Shown in pieces: positions 53,001 through 64,000 of a stretch of 64,000 bases of DNA. Location: assembly GCA_051362555.1 (NCBI GenBank), contig CM120649.1, forward strand, positions 9,672,001-9,736,000. The letters are read 5' to 3'. The translations under genes were made by a program, and so were the position numbers. Every line of letters starts with the position of its first letter. Position 1 is the first letter of the stretch. Source of the stretch: Lingula anatina (Eukaryota; Animalia; Brachiopoda). The notes under the pieces are model-generated. The model made no database searches, was not told where the DNA came from, and saw only the letters and a list, made by a program, of their open reading frames with translations.

Positions 53001-56000
53001 GTGTGTGTAGAAAGTGTATGTATCCTTGAGTATTATTCGGAGAAAACCCAAGATAGCTGCCAGTGGTTATAGGAATATATCATTCAAATGCAAATAGGTG
53101 TCAATTAATGGAACAGTTCAGGCATTGATTCCAACATGAAATAAAGCCGTTTGATGTTCAAACATGTTGACATCCTTATTAACCTTACTCTATATAAATC
53201 TGGTGTGTAGCAAGTGTGCATCTTGCGCATTTGAGAAAATTCAAGATTGCTGATTCACAATAGGAATAGTACATTCAACTACTGCCAGAGAGACATTGGG
53301 TTCAATGTAAAATTAATTTTGTTTCTTGGTATTTCCCACATTCTTTTTGGACTTTGAGATATCTATGTGGTGGGTAACATATGTATACCCTTATGTATTT
53401 TGACAAAATATCATGATTACCCTCATTTGCCTTAGAAGTGCCTATAAAATCTAATGCATCAGTTTTCCTATGGGGAAAAGGCCATCTTGGATTTCCCCAA
53501 AATGATAAAATATGGACATTAATTACCTAACAGATATGTATCATTGGATAATAATACTGAAAAAAACAGAATAACAACTGAATTCAGCTTCATTTTATAT
53601 GTAAGCCTATCTCCCACAGGTATTAACTGAACCCCACCTTCTATGGCTAATGGCAGCCATTTTGTTTTGTTTTCTTTTCAAAAAGGATACACATAACATT
53701 CTCATCATATATATATTACGTGAATTAAAAAGATGTGGAAAATACTCAGAAACAAACCTAATTTATCAATTAATATTATATCTCCATGGCAGGAGAAGCC
53801 CTATGTGTATACTAGTATTCCTTTGATATGGCGGCCATCTTGGATTTTCCTGGAAATGCCTGAGAATAAAGGTTAATTACTCACCACAAATATTTTATTT
53901 GTGTAATAAGAAACAATTAGATAGTGGACAATGCATCTTCCTAGTTGGCATTAGTTAGTTGAAAACCTGTGTACAAGATCTAGTATTCCTATGCCATATG
54001 GCGGCCATCTTGGATTTTTTCAAAAAGTCCAGGGACACTACTTTGTTACCTGACACATATGCATAATAAGGGTAATAAGGATGTGGAAAACATTGAGAAA
54101 ATACTTAATTTGATAAAAATCAACATAGGTATGTATATATTTCTACAGAATTTCACAAATTGGCGGCCATTTTGGATTTTTGGCCAAACGGTAAATTTTT
54201 TCCGTGGGCTACAGCTCTAATTTGATTTAGTATGTCAAAAGGTACCCACATGCAAAATTTGGTGCTTTTATCCGCCATGTCACGATTTGGCCATTTTTTT
54301 GCCCTAAGCAACCGGACTAGTAAGCTTGCTCTGCCAAATTATACATTACCGATACGGGCTGTCACCATTACCTTCTGTTTTTTTTTTTCGATTTTATAGC
54401 AGAATATTCTATCTATTGCAGTGAGTGAAATGTCTGGCATATATTCATATAGCAAATATTCTTTTATGACATTATTCATACAACTTATTCAATCCAGATT
54501 TAGTTCACGTGTATCTTGATGGACTGCTTTAAGCAAACAGTTTTTTAAGAACTTTATTTTAAATAAATGGTTTTATATTCCCATCCTTCTGCTGAAACAA
54601 GCAGTTTGCTTATTGTTTCATGAATAAAATAATGAATAAAAACCCCTTCTCCATACAATGTTCTTCGTTTGATAATTATCCTTGTGGAACAGTGAACGAA
54701 AATAAAGGCAGTCTCAAGAAATATGTTGATGGAGAGATAGGAAGAAGGTGAACTTATCGCAACTCTCAATTTACCTGTACGTTGCAGTAATTAAACTGTT
54801 AGCTTACCTGGCAGCTCTGATTAAAAGGGTCACCTGAAATTCTTTTGTCCGACTTAAACTTTCAAAATGTGCCAAGTTTTGATTTCAATCACGCTCCCTG
54901 CGGCAACTGCCGATACGAGACCAGCACCTGACAACAGTGAAATTATCATCCCTAGAGGAAATCAAAAGCACGGAGTTGTCTGCTCGCCAGTTGTCCAAAG
55001 CTGGTAAGTTGATGGTACAGTTAAAAATATACGAAAACCTACACCCTAGAATAGATCACAGAATTAAGGAATGTGCTTTTGTGCGACTACATGTAGCCCT
55101 ACTTCTACAATTATTATTATCATCATTGAATAATAAGACTCTGCCCACCACCAATTAACTCAAACATTACAGAAAGAAGGTTCCGTTAAGATTTATACTG
55201 TTATGTTGTTGATGTGATCTGTAAGTTTGATGTTCATGACATAGGATTGGACGTTGCTTAAACGGGTAAAAAAAAAAAAAAACAACACTCTTAAAATTAG
55301 ACTGCGCTAAATAGGGTATCGACTAGTAAGCAAACTAAAATCAAGGGAGTGGGATGTGCTACAGAAACGGCATAATTACGGATTACTATTAGCACCTCTT
55401 TACTATCTAGTATTGTACACCATACTGACTCTTGTCAAAGCAGACACAGGCTCTATATATTGTAATACAATAGATTTAGCGTATACCCCCCCCCTCACCC
55501 CCACCGATAATGTCTGGCCTGTAATTGTGCGTTTAACAAAGGTAGTGTTACAGTGATATTCACGCCTTAATTACTATTTTCTCAAACAATTTTTATTTTT
55601 GACAGAGGTCGGATGGGGTGAAAAGTGAAAAATAGTGAAAAAAAGTGAAAAATACTTTTAGGTAACTCACTTTTAACACTACATTAGTCAATGGTAAAAA
55701 CTAAAACACAGTTAAGCAATTTCTGGACAAAAAACAGCAATTTATTTTCAATGTTTTATTTTTCTAAATGAATGTCAATCATTCTTGTAAATTACAAAAT
55801 AATAATAAAAAAACATGCTTTGTGCTCTTTACGCTGCTGGTTCCCTGTTTAAACACTCCACACGTGACGCAAGTGTTGCAACTGATATGTTCATTTCCGA
55901 CAGAAAGTAGTCAATAAAATTGCCTAAAACATCTGTAACACTGGCCGGGCAGACCATTTTGCATAATAATTTTGGTTCCCCCTTACTATAAACTGAGCCA

Positions 56001-56894
56001 CACAACAGTGGTCAAATTCCTGCTTAAATCAAGACGGCTACTCCAGCTCACTTTCCCGCCATTTTGCATTAATTTGACACATGTAGTCGAATGTGTAGTG
56101 TAAAATATCAACGAAGTACTGATTGGCTTAAAAACCGGAAGCTCGAGGAAATGAACCAAGCGTTTACCTTGGCACAAATGGCCTTCGTTTACAACTTGTA
56201 GGCAGTCATGTGACGTGAGAGTAAGAATTTTTGCGTTTATGTTATTCCAATTGAACAGTATGATCAGTCGGACATCGGTGAAAAAAAAAAACAAAATTAT
56301 TTTTGGTTTCAATTTTATGTATTTTATTTATTTATTTATTTTTTTTTTTGGCCATTTTAAAGTCGGCGGAGCTTGAGAAACAAGTTGTTTGAAAAAAATG
56401 CCTTACACCTTTTAAAAGAAGAATCGCGTGCATAACTGCTGGCGAAGGTAAGGATTGACTGGGCATCCTAGTAGTCTCTGTTGAGATTGATTTTTTACAA
56501 GAAATCAATAAATCAATGTAAATTACTCTTAAACGTCCCATTCTAACCAGGGCAAAGTCATGTTTGGGTCGCGTCGCAGCATAACAGAGGACAATTTAAT
56601 AGCCCACAATTAAGCGGGATCATATATCACGCCTCTTTTCACACATGGTTGTGTTGCCGCAAGGCGAGAAACACCCCGCCGTCACCCTATTTACATAAGA
56701 CCACCCCTTCTTACTCATCGCTGCATGTGTGTAAGATGTACGTAAGATGTCCGTAAAATATACGTAAGTCGGCATTGTCCTTAGCTTACAAATTTTCACA
56801 CAATTCTTTTGTCCTCTTAAGGGGCGTACGTAAGACAACTTAATCGTTTTTGCTTTATCCGTATCCGTAATGTCATCTTCTCTGCACAAAACTG
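50071..56894 (+). mobile_element. TA-target TIR DNA transposon, copy 2 (both ends present)
   Basis: Perfect 40-bp TIRs CAGTTTTGTGCAGAGAAGATGACATTACGGATACGGATAA (50071-50110 / 56855-56894), with TA on both sides. Confidence 0.92.
51682..54319. mobile_element. Non-autonomous Academ-like foldback element, 3-bp TSD GTA
   Basis: TAGTCCGGT...ACCGGACTA termini, long imperfect TIRs of several hundred bp, and internal ~180-bp subrepeats with AAAATCCAAGATGGC. The empty site GGTGCATGTAAGCTTG is present in copy 1 near 1655. Confidence 0.85.
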
Positions 56895-57901
56895 TATATG
56901 ATTGCGCTTACTCCAGCTGGTGGTACAATATTCGGAGGCGGTATCGCCTCTCTGATCCTCTAGTTATAATATAATAATTTTGATCACTTTGTTACACATT
57001 TTTTAAAAATGGCCCAATTGTTTTGACCAAGTGGGCCAAAGTGGCCCTACGAGATTTTGACTCAGGAATAAGGATCCCTGTTATTCTAAGGAAATTCCAA
57101 TGAATTTACTTTTTAAAACAAAAAATCAATAGAATGTTTCTAATATAAATTTTCAAAAGAACACCACAGGGCAAATTTAATTAAATCAACCAGTGGGTAA
57201 ACACTGGGAGGCTTTGTCAATTTCAACAACTTGTACATTTCAAACAGTGCAGTTTTCGTGCATGCGCAGTCGTTTGAATCCTGTGCTATTGTGTGCACAA
57301 TTATTTTGAATGAATTATACAAATCGATTTGTTCATTTTTCTTTGGTTTGTTACATATTTTCTATTTCAAGATATGATACTTTACTGCTTGGGGATGCTC
57401 TTCCCATACTGCTGCATTTTACAATGTAGTGCTTGCTTTATCCACTTGGCGGCAGCACCTTACAGTGAAGCTGAAGTCTTCATTTAATCTCAATGATGTC
57501 TTGGTGTGTTTCGTGTGTGTGTGTGTGAAAGAGAGAAAGAGTTAGTGTGTGTGTGATTGTGTTCAATCTTCATGTCTTGGTGTGTTTCTTGTCTGTCTAT
57601 GTGTGTGTGAGAGAGAGAGAGAGAAAGAGTGAAAGAGTTAGTGTGTGTGTGTGTTAGGGAGATAGAGAGAAGGGGGAGTGAGAGAGAGAACTTGTTTGTG
57701 GGAGGGTGTGGTAAGAGAGATAGAGAATTTAGTATTAAAAAAGCTCAAAGAACTTCAAAATTGATTTTAAAAAACTAAACACAATAATTCTATGCCAATT
57801 TTGAAAGTTGTATTATTTTTAAAATACAAAAACAGAAAAATCTGACATTTTGTTAAAACAAAAAGGGTTCAGCTTATCCATTATTTTAAAACTAATAAAA
57901 A

Positions 57902-58300
57902 ACAAGGCAGCAAAGCTGTCAAATGTACAGACAAAAAGCAGACAATAACAATGCACAAAATAGGCTACTGTCAATTCTAATGCAAAAGTACATTATGCTT
58001 AACTGCAAATTCAACATCAAATTTTAATTATGCTCAACTGGTAATACCAATGTAAGTGAAATGTGTAACAAGCGTAAGGCTTCAGGCCCATGGGAGTACT
58101 AGTTCACACTTTGAAAATGTCAGAATGAGAAAAATGAAAATTTCACATAAAACTGCATAAATTCAATAATAAATGATAACCCATTTGAGCTGGCTTTCTT
58201 ATTTGAACTGCATGCCAATCCTATAAATCATACTTGTAAGTTGAAAATAATAATAAGTAACACAGTTTTCCCATAATGACACATCTGTGTCTGTACATAA
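57902..58300 (-). mobile_element. Small HINE (~400 bp)
   Basis: Minus strand: TT-ATGTACAGAC ... GTCTGTACAT, hairpin GACAGC-TTT-GCTGCC and terminal CTTGT. Absent from the other satellite units. Confidence 0.75.
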
Positions 58301-58962
58301 TTACATAACACGTACATGACCAGGAGAATAAACTCTTTATATCTGTAATATTTTGTCATTATATCATGCATACTCAGTTTTAGATATGCTCAAGATGACT
58401 TTAAAGGGTTAATGTGAACTGTTGAAATTTGGGTGGGGGTGGGAGGGAGTTGTGCGCTTAGCAAAAATTTTGATATAGACAAAATTTTATGTATACATTC
58501 TGATGCTTGTGCATTGTCTGCTGTGACATTAAATGAGTCTGTATGTATTCTGCTGAACTCATCTCAGCCTCACATCATCAGCACAGGTCAGTTCGACAAC
58601 GATATTGCTACACTGTTGATTCTCTTCAATCCCATTGTGAACATTGTCGCTATATGTTTTAGCTGAGAAATTATCGTTTTGGAAAAAGGTGAATTAGATC
58701 CCACTCAGTTTTATACATATTCAAGTTGACAATTAAGGGTTAATATAAACTGTTTGGGGGCAGGGGTGTGCTCAGCAAAAATCTTGATATAAACAAAATT
58801 TCATGTATAAATTCTGATGACTGTTCATTGTCTGTTGTGACATTGAATGTGTCTGCATGAATGTATTCTGATCACTGTCTATGTCTTTATTGGTGCTGTA
58901 TATGTTTATTATAATATAATAATATATTATGATCACTGTGTTATGTCTGTGTTGTAACTAAC

Positions 58963-59032
<70 letters not shown>

Positions 59033-59960
59033 GATGATTTATTATCTGTTTTCAGTAGAAATGAAGGTGTTTCCTGGATTATCATCACACTGAGGACAGT
59101 TGAATTCATCTGTTCACCATCTCGTTCTACAACCACACAGTGTCAGCAAAGGTCAGTGCAACAACAGTATTGCCCTACTGCTGATTCTATTCAATCCCTT
59201 TCTGACCTCACCACTATATGTTGTAACTGGGAAATAATCAATTGTAAATGGGTCATTGAGATCCAAATCACATTTTGATATGTTCAAGGTGACAATGTTA
59301 ACTGTTTGGAGTTGAGGGGCGAGGGTTCGCTTAGCAAAAATCTTGATATAAACAAAATTTCATGTATAAATCTTGATGCCTTTGCATTGTCTGTTGAGAC
59401 ATTGAATGTATCTATATGTATTCTGATCACTGTCTATGTCTTTATTGTCACTGTATGTGTTTATTATAATATAATAATTTTGATCACTTTGTTACACATT
59501 TTTTTAAAAATGGCCCAATTGTTTTGACCAAGTGGGCCAAAGTGGCCCTACAACATTTTGACTCAGGAATAAGGATCCCTGTTATTCTAAGGAAATTCCA
59601 ATGAATTTACTTTATAAAACATAAAATCAAATATATATTTTCAAAAGAACACCATAGGGCAAATTTAATTAAATCAACCAGCGGGTAAACACTGGGAGGC
59701 TTTGTCAATTTCAACAACTTGTTCATTTCAAACAGTGCAGTTTTCGTGCATGCGCAGTCGTTTGAATCCTATGCTATTGTGTGAGCAATTATTTTGAATG
59801 AATTATACAAATCAATAGAGTGTTTTCCACGAAATCGGGAGCATGCGCAGTTCGCACCATTTTGTGCGGGACTGTTTCTCAGGGGGAAAGAGTAGAAGTG
59901 GCTTTCATGGACTGCTGTCACGATGTAAAGTAGATCTCCCGCTCTTTGCATTTATTGGTA

Positions 59961-60290
59961 ATGGGTGGTCATGACAACTGCTGTGTGTATAACTGCAGCC
60001 ACCGGAGAGGCAATGTTTGTATTTTTTTGGGTATTTCCAAAGGACAGACGTTGGACATTGCTATGGATTAGTGCCATTCGTTCGTTCGAACATTTCATTG
60101 AAAAATATAACTGACAACTTCAAGGTCTGTGGCTGTCACTTCCAATCCGGGAGGCCAAACAGGAAAGATAGTATGTCTATTGATGCAGTACCATCAGCTG
60201 ATTTACCAAAGTCACGCAAAACGGCTAACAGTATTTCAAGTGCGACATGGGTCGAAGCGGCGGAGAGTAGGACTAGAAAAATTATATTGA
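59961..60290 (+). pseudogene. THAP domain (transposase N-terminus), frameshifted
   Basis: MGGHDNCCVYNC...FPKD...WISAIR...FKVCGCHFQSG...DAVPS. Confidence 0.78.
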
Positions 60291-60999
60291 AGAAGCTAAT
60301 CACAGCAAATTTACTTTCTTTCATCGTTAATTTAGAAAAGTAAAACTGCGTACAAAAATATTAACACAAAGACATATTTGATTTGCTCACTTCTGAGCTG
60401 TTGCATGTCCAAATTTGCAAATAAATATATAGTAAATGCACTAGCATCGTGCCATCTTCCAATTAAAATTAATCTAAAAATGCTGCACATTAACACCAGA
60501 GTAAAATAAAACCAACCTACATGGGAAATGTTAATTTAAAGCACCATCATCTGAGACCAAGTTATAATTAAAAACATTACTATATCACAGTGTAATTAAA
60601 TATCCATTGCACTGCTAAATACATAAAATATATACAAATTGCACTTGAATCCTGCATCAACTGTTCAATAAAAGAAAAAATCTAGTCTAAAACGGTGAAA
60701 GTTTTAACCGTTAAAACTCCTGAGAACCATTTCCATTCTACTGTATTCCGGTAAAACCTATATAATAGCACCATCTAATACAACCATATTTTAAAACCTT
60801 TACTTTATCACAGTGTTATTTAATATCTATATCCATGTTAAATACAAAAAAAAAACTATTATCATGCAAGGAATTTTTATAACAGCATGAAAATAAAACA
60901 CTAAAGATTTTCATAACCCAAGATCACAATGCAGAATAATATTGCACATATTCTCAGTTTGGTATTAAATGCATACATAGAATCAAGCTTGAATTTTTG

Positions 61000-61584
61000 A
61001 ATGAAAAAGAAAAATGTTTAATAGTAGTGTACACCAACTCTGTCAAAATGAATGTCTTGTAAAATCTTGTCAGTTTGGGAACCACAGATGCCCAATGAAC
61101 AGCATCAAACATAACAGATTCAATGAAGAGATACTTCTCTGTGCACAAAACAAAATCATACTCATGAATGTTATACACAGCCATTTGACCCTGGACTTGA
61201 GTGAAGTAGCTATGTTCTGATTCAAATATGGCCTGTTGTTTTTGTCTAGCTTTAAACATGACAGTTTTCTGGTGACACAGAGTGGTCCACTAAAGCTGTT
61301 GTGTAGATATTCTGCACATATCCATCTTGAAAATACCGATAAGCTTTCAGACTTTTGAATGCCTGCACAAATTTCTTATCGTATGTCCTATCCTTGCTGT
61401 CTATGAGATACGTATTCAGTTCTTTCTTGAAAAAGTCATCAGGTACGTCTGTTAAATTTCTATTCCAATTACTCGCATGAATGTGTTCTCGATAAAATTC
61501 AGGTGTTATCATGTTACAAATCCATGAAAATTCAGATCGAAACGAGCACTCGTCGACATGGCGTCCGCCGTGTACACTCCGCAC
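61000..61584 (-). pseudogene. YqaJ/lambda-exonuclease-like accessory gene remnant
   Basis: SLKAYRYFQDGYV (N-terminal part) and HSYFTQVQGQMAV...DFV...FD...W...PKL..FY (YqaJ C-terminal motifs); the middle is deleted. Confidence 0.8.
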
Positions 61585-61944
61585 TTGCCCCTTGAAACTT
61601 CAAATCCCGCAAAATCTCGTGTTCTCACGGAAAATTCAGCAGAAGTCACGTGACCGTGCAAAACACTGTATTTGTTCATTTTTCTTTGGTTTGTTACATA
61701 TTTTCTATTTCAAGATATGATACTTTACTGCTTGGGGATGCTCTTCCCATATTGCTGCATTTTACAATGTAGTGCTTGCTTTATCCACTTGGCGGCAGCA
61801 CCTTACAGTGAAGCTGAAGTCTTCATTAAATCTTTATGATGTCTTGGTGTGTTTCGTGTGTGTGTGTGTGTGTGTGTGAAAGAGAGAAAGAGTTAGCGTG
61901 TGTGTGTGTTCAATCTTGATGTCTTGGTGTGTTTCTTGTCTGTC

Positions 61945-61977
<33 letters not shown>

Positions 61978-62908
61978 AAGAGTGAAAGAGTTAGTGTGTG
62001 TGTGTGTTAGAGAGAGAGAGAGAAGGGGGAGTGAGAGAGAGAACTTGTTTGTGGGAGGGTGTGGTAAGAGAGATAGAGAATTTAGTATTAAAAAAGCTCA
62101 AAGAACTTCAAAATTGATTTTAAAAAACTAAACACAATAATTCTATGCCTATTTTGAAAGTTGTATTATTTTTAAAATACAAAAACAGAAAAATCTGACA
62201 TTTTGTTAAAACAAAAAGGGTTCAGCTTATCCATTATTTTAAAACTAATAAAAAATTACATAACACATGACCAGGAGAATAAACTCTTTATATCTGTAAT
62301 ATTCTGTCATTATATCATGCATACTCAGTTTTAGATATGCTCAAGATGACTTTAAAGGGTTAATGTGAACTGTTGAGATTTGGGTGGGGGTGGGAGGGAG
62401 TTGTGCGCTTAGCAAAAATTTTGATATAGACAAAATTTTATGTATACATTCTGATGCTTGTGCATTGTCTGCTGTGACATTAAATGAGTCTGTATGTATT
62501 CTGCTGAACTCATCTCAGCCTCACATCATCAGCACAGGTCAGTTCAACAACGATATTGCTACACTGTTGATTCTCTTCGATCCCATTGTGAACATTGTCG
62601 CTATATGTTTTAGCTGAGAAATTATCATTTTGGAAAAAGGTGAATTAGATCCCACTCAGTTTTATACATATTCAAGGTGACAAGGGTTAATATAAACTGT
62701 TTAGGGGCGGGGGTGTGCTCAGCAAAAATCTTGATATAAACAAAATTTCATATATAAATTCTGATGCCTGTTCATTGTCTGTTGTAACATTGAATGTGTC
62801 TGCATGCATGTATTCTGATCACTGTCTATGTCTTTATTGGTGCTGTATATGTTTATTATAATATAATAATATATTTTGATCACTGTGTTATGTCTGTGTT
62901 GTAACTAA

Positions 62909-62978
<70 letters not shown>

Positions 62979-63371
62979 GCGGATTTAGGGCGGATTCTGG
63001 GTCTTCCTGTATATATATATACCGGTATATATATATATATTTTTTATTGATGATTTATTATCTGTTTTCAGTAGAAATGAAGGTGTTTCCTGGATTATCA
63101 TCACACTGAGGACAGTTGAATTCATCTGTTCACCATCTCGATCTACAACCACACAGTGTCAGCAAAGGTCAGTGCAACAACAATATTGCCCTACTGCTGG
63201 TTCTATTCAATCCCTTTCTGACCTCGCCACTATATGTTGTAACTGGGAAATAATCAATTGTAAATGGGTCATTGAGATCCAAATCAGATTTTGATATGAT
63301 CAAGGTGACAAGGGTTAATGTTAACTGTTTGGAGTTGGGTTGCGAGGGTTCGCTTAGCAAAAATCTTGATA

Positions 63372-64000
63372 CAGTTACAGGATTAATAGCCTTGGTTTAT
63401 AATCCTTATGGTAGTTAAATGACTATTATCGGTGCGTTAATTATAGGGAATTAAACCTTAAGCCGTTGGGACCCAGCAGCGATAAATACTACTCCAACTC
63501 GGCCTAAATTTACTCAGCTCGCTTTTAGCCACCCACTGTGAGCAGGACACCATCATCAATAGAAAAGTACTCCTGCACTTTCATTTAGATAAACAGGGTG
63601 ATAAACCTGATGGGGTGAACGGGGTGAAAATACCGGTCTTTGTGAGTAAGAACAATAGCAGCCCGCGGATCGCGTCGCGTATTTCTCGAATTAAATGCTC
63701 TCAAATTGCCTTATACTGTTGAACAACCACGAAGAAAAAATTAATAACTGAAAGTCCTTGAATAATCCCACCTTTTATAATACTTTTTTTTACATTTCAA
63801 ATGACGAACATTTTGCTGTTGCGAAACACGCTAGTAAAAATTACGCACTATCTTTCCCGACTTGCGTTTATTCAGTTTGATGCACTGTAAAATTAAGAAA
63901 TTTAAATGTTATAATTATATCATTGTCAAGGTATTTAATTTCAATATCACAACTGCATAAATTTTCATAATTATTCTAGTCGTACACCATGATACACTGC
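63372..64000. mobile_element. Start of another insertion (TA|CAGT terminus, Tc1/mariner-like) running off the window
   Basis: The satellite AAATCTTGATATAAAC breaks at TA|CAGTTACAGG; the other end is not in the window. Confidence 0.5.

Larger units (their letters stand above)
46816..56964 (+). mobile_element. HINE (Helentron non-autonomous element) expanded to ~10.1 kb by nested elements
   Basis: 5' TTGTACCACC with an adjacent inverted repeat (GGCGGTACA). 3' subTIR GGTGGTACAA (56919-56928), hairpin GAGGCG-GTAT-CGCCTC and CTAGT. Inserted between T and T of the satellite GTTTAT|TATAAT without a TSD. Confidence 0.85.
59817..61669. mobile_element. Second ISL2EU-type transposon, internally deleted, AT TSD
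   Basis: AT|AGAGTGTTTTCCACG ... CGTGCAAAACACTGT|AT in the satellite site AAATCAATTTG, with convergent THAP and YqaJ remnants. Confidence 0.85.
14847..63371. repeat. ~2.1-kb tandem macrosatellite with (GT)n/(GA)n and (TA)n tracts and ~326-bp diverged subrepeats, fragmented by TE insertions
   Basis: Segments 14847-15112, 17512-17700, 18270-20169, 31815-33009, 35666-36503, 38625-38999, 46731-46816, 56964-57901, 58301-59816 and 61670-63371 keep the unit order; from 18753 onward they join collinearly. The marker GAATTATA(C/G)AAATC at ~18777, 32517, 57312 and 59800 gives periods of ~2.09-2.13 kb after subtracting inserts. Confidence 0.92.

Noticed and set aside
827-55148. One giant ~54-kb element with 4-kb TIRs (Polinton-like)
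   Set aside because: The two arms are separate copies of a smaller element whose own 40-bp TIRs and TA flanks are visible at 50071-56894. No polB, capsid or ATPase genes were seen.
1-64000. tRNA, rRNA or snRNA genes
   Set aside because: No cloverleaf, A/B-box or conserved RNA gene sequence was recognised by eye. A tRNAscan-SE/Infernal run would be needed to exclude them.

Overview
AT-rich eukaryotic DNA, probably from a marine invertebrate (species not determinable), made almost entirely of repeats and with no recognisable host gene. The scaffold is a ~2.1-kb tandem macrosatellite (about 5-6 units, ~14.8-63.4 kb). It reassembles collinearly once the inserted elements are removed: two IS3EU-type DDE transposons (6-bp TSDs), two ISL2EU-type elements (AT TSDs; THAP transposase plus SAP/YqaJ gene remnants), Helentron-like non-autonomous elements (HINEs) and several TA-target TIR elements. 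Nested deeper are Academ remnants, two copies of a Gypsy retrotransposon 3' end with a 117-bp LTR, and small MITEs. The left quarter holds a decayed, intron-rich gene joining a PR-Set7/KMT5A-like SET domain to a tyrosine recombinase (Crypton-like). It ends in an array of ~16-bp motifs that abuts the macrosatellite (TA)n tract. One IS3EU copy (39000-46730) has ~470-bp TIRs and an apparently intact 5-exon, 486-aa transposase. Coordinates, splice sites and identities were read by eye, and family names come from recalled diagnostic features, not database searches.
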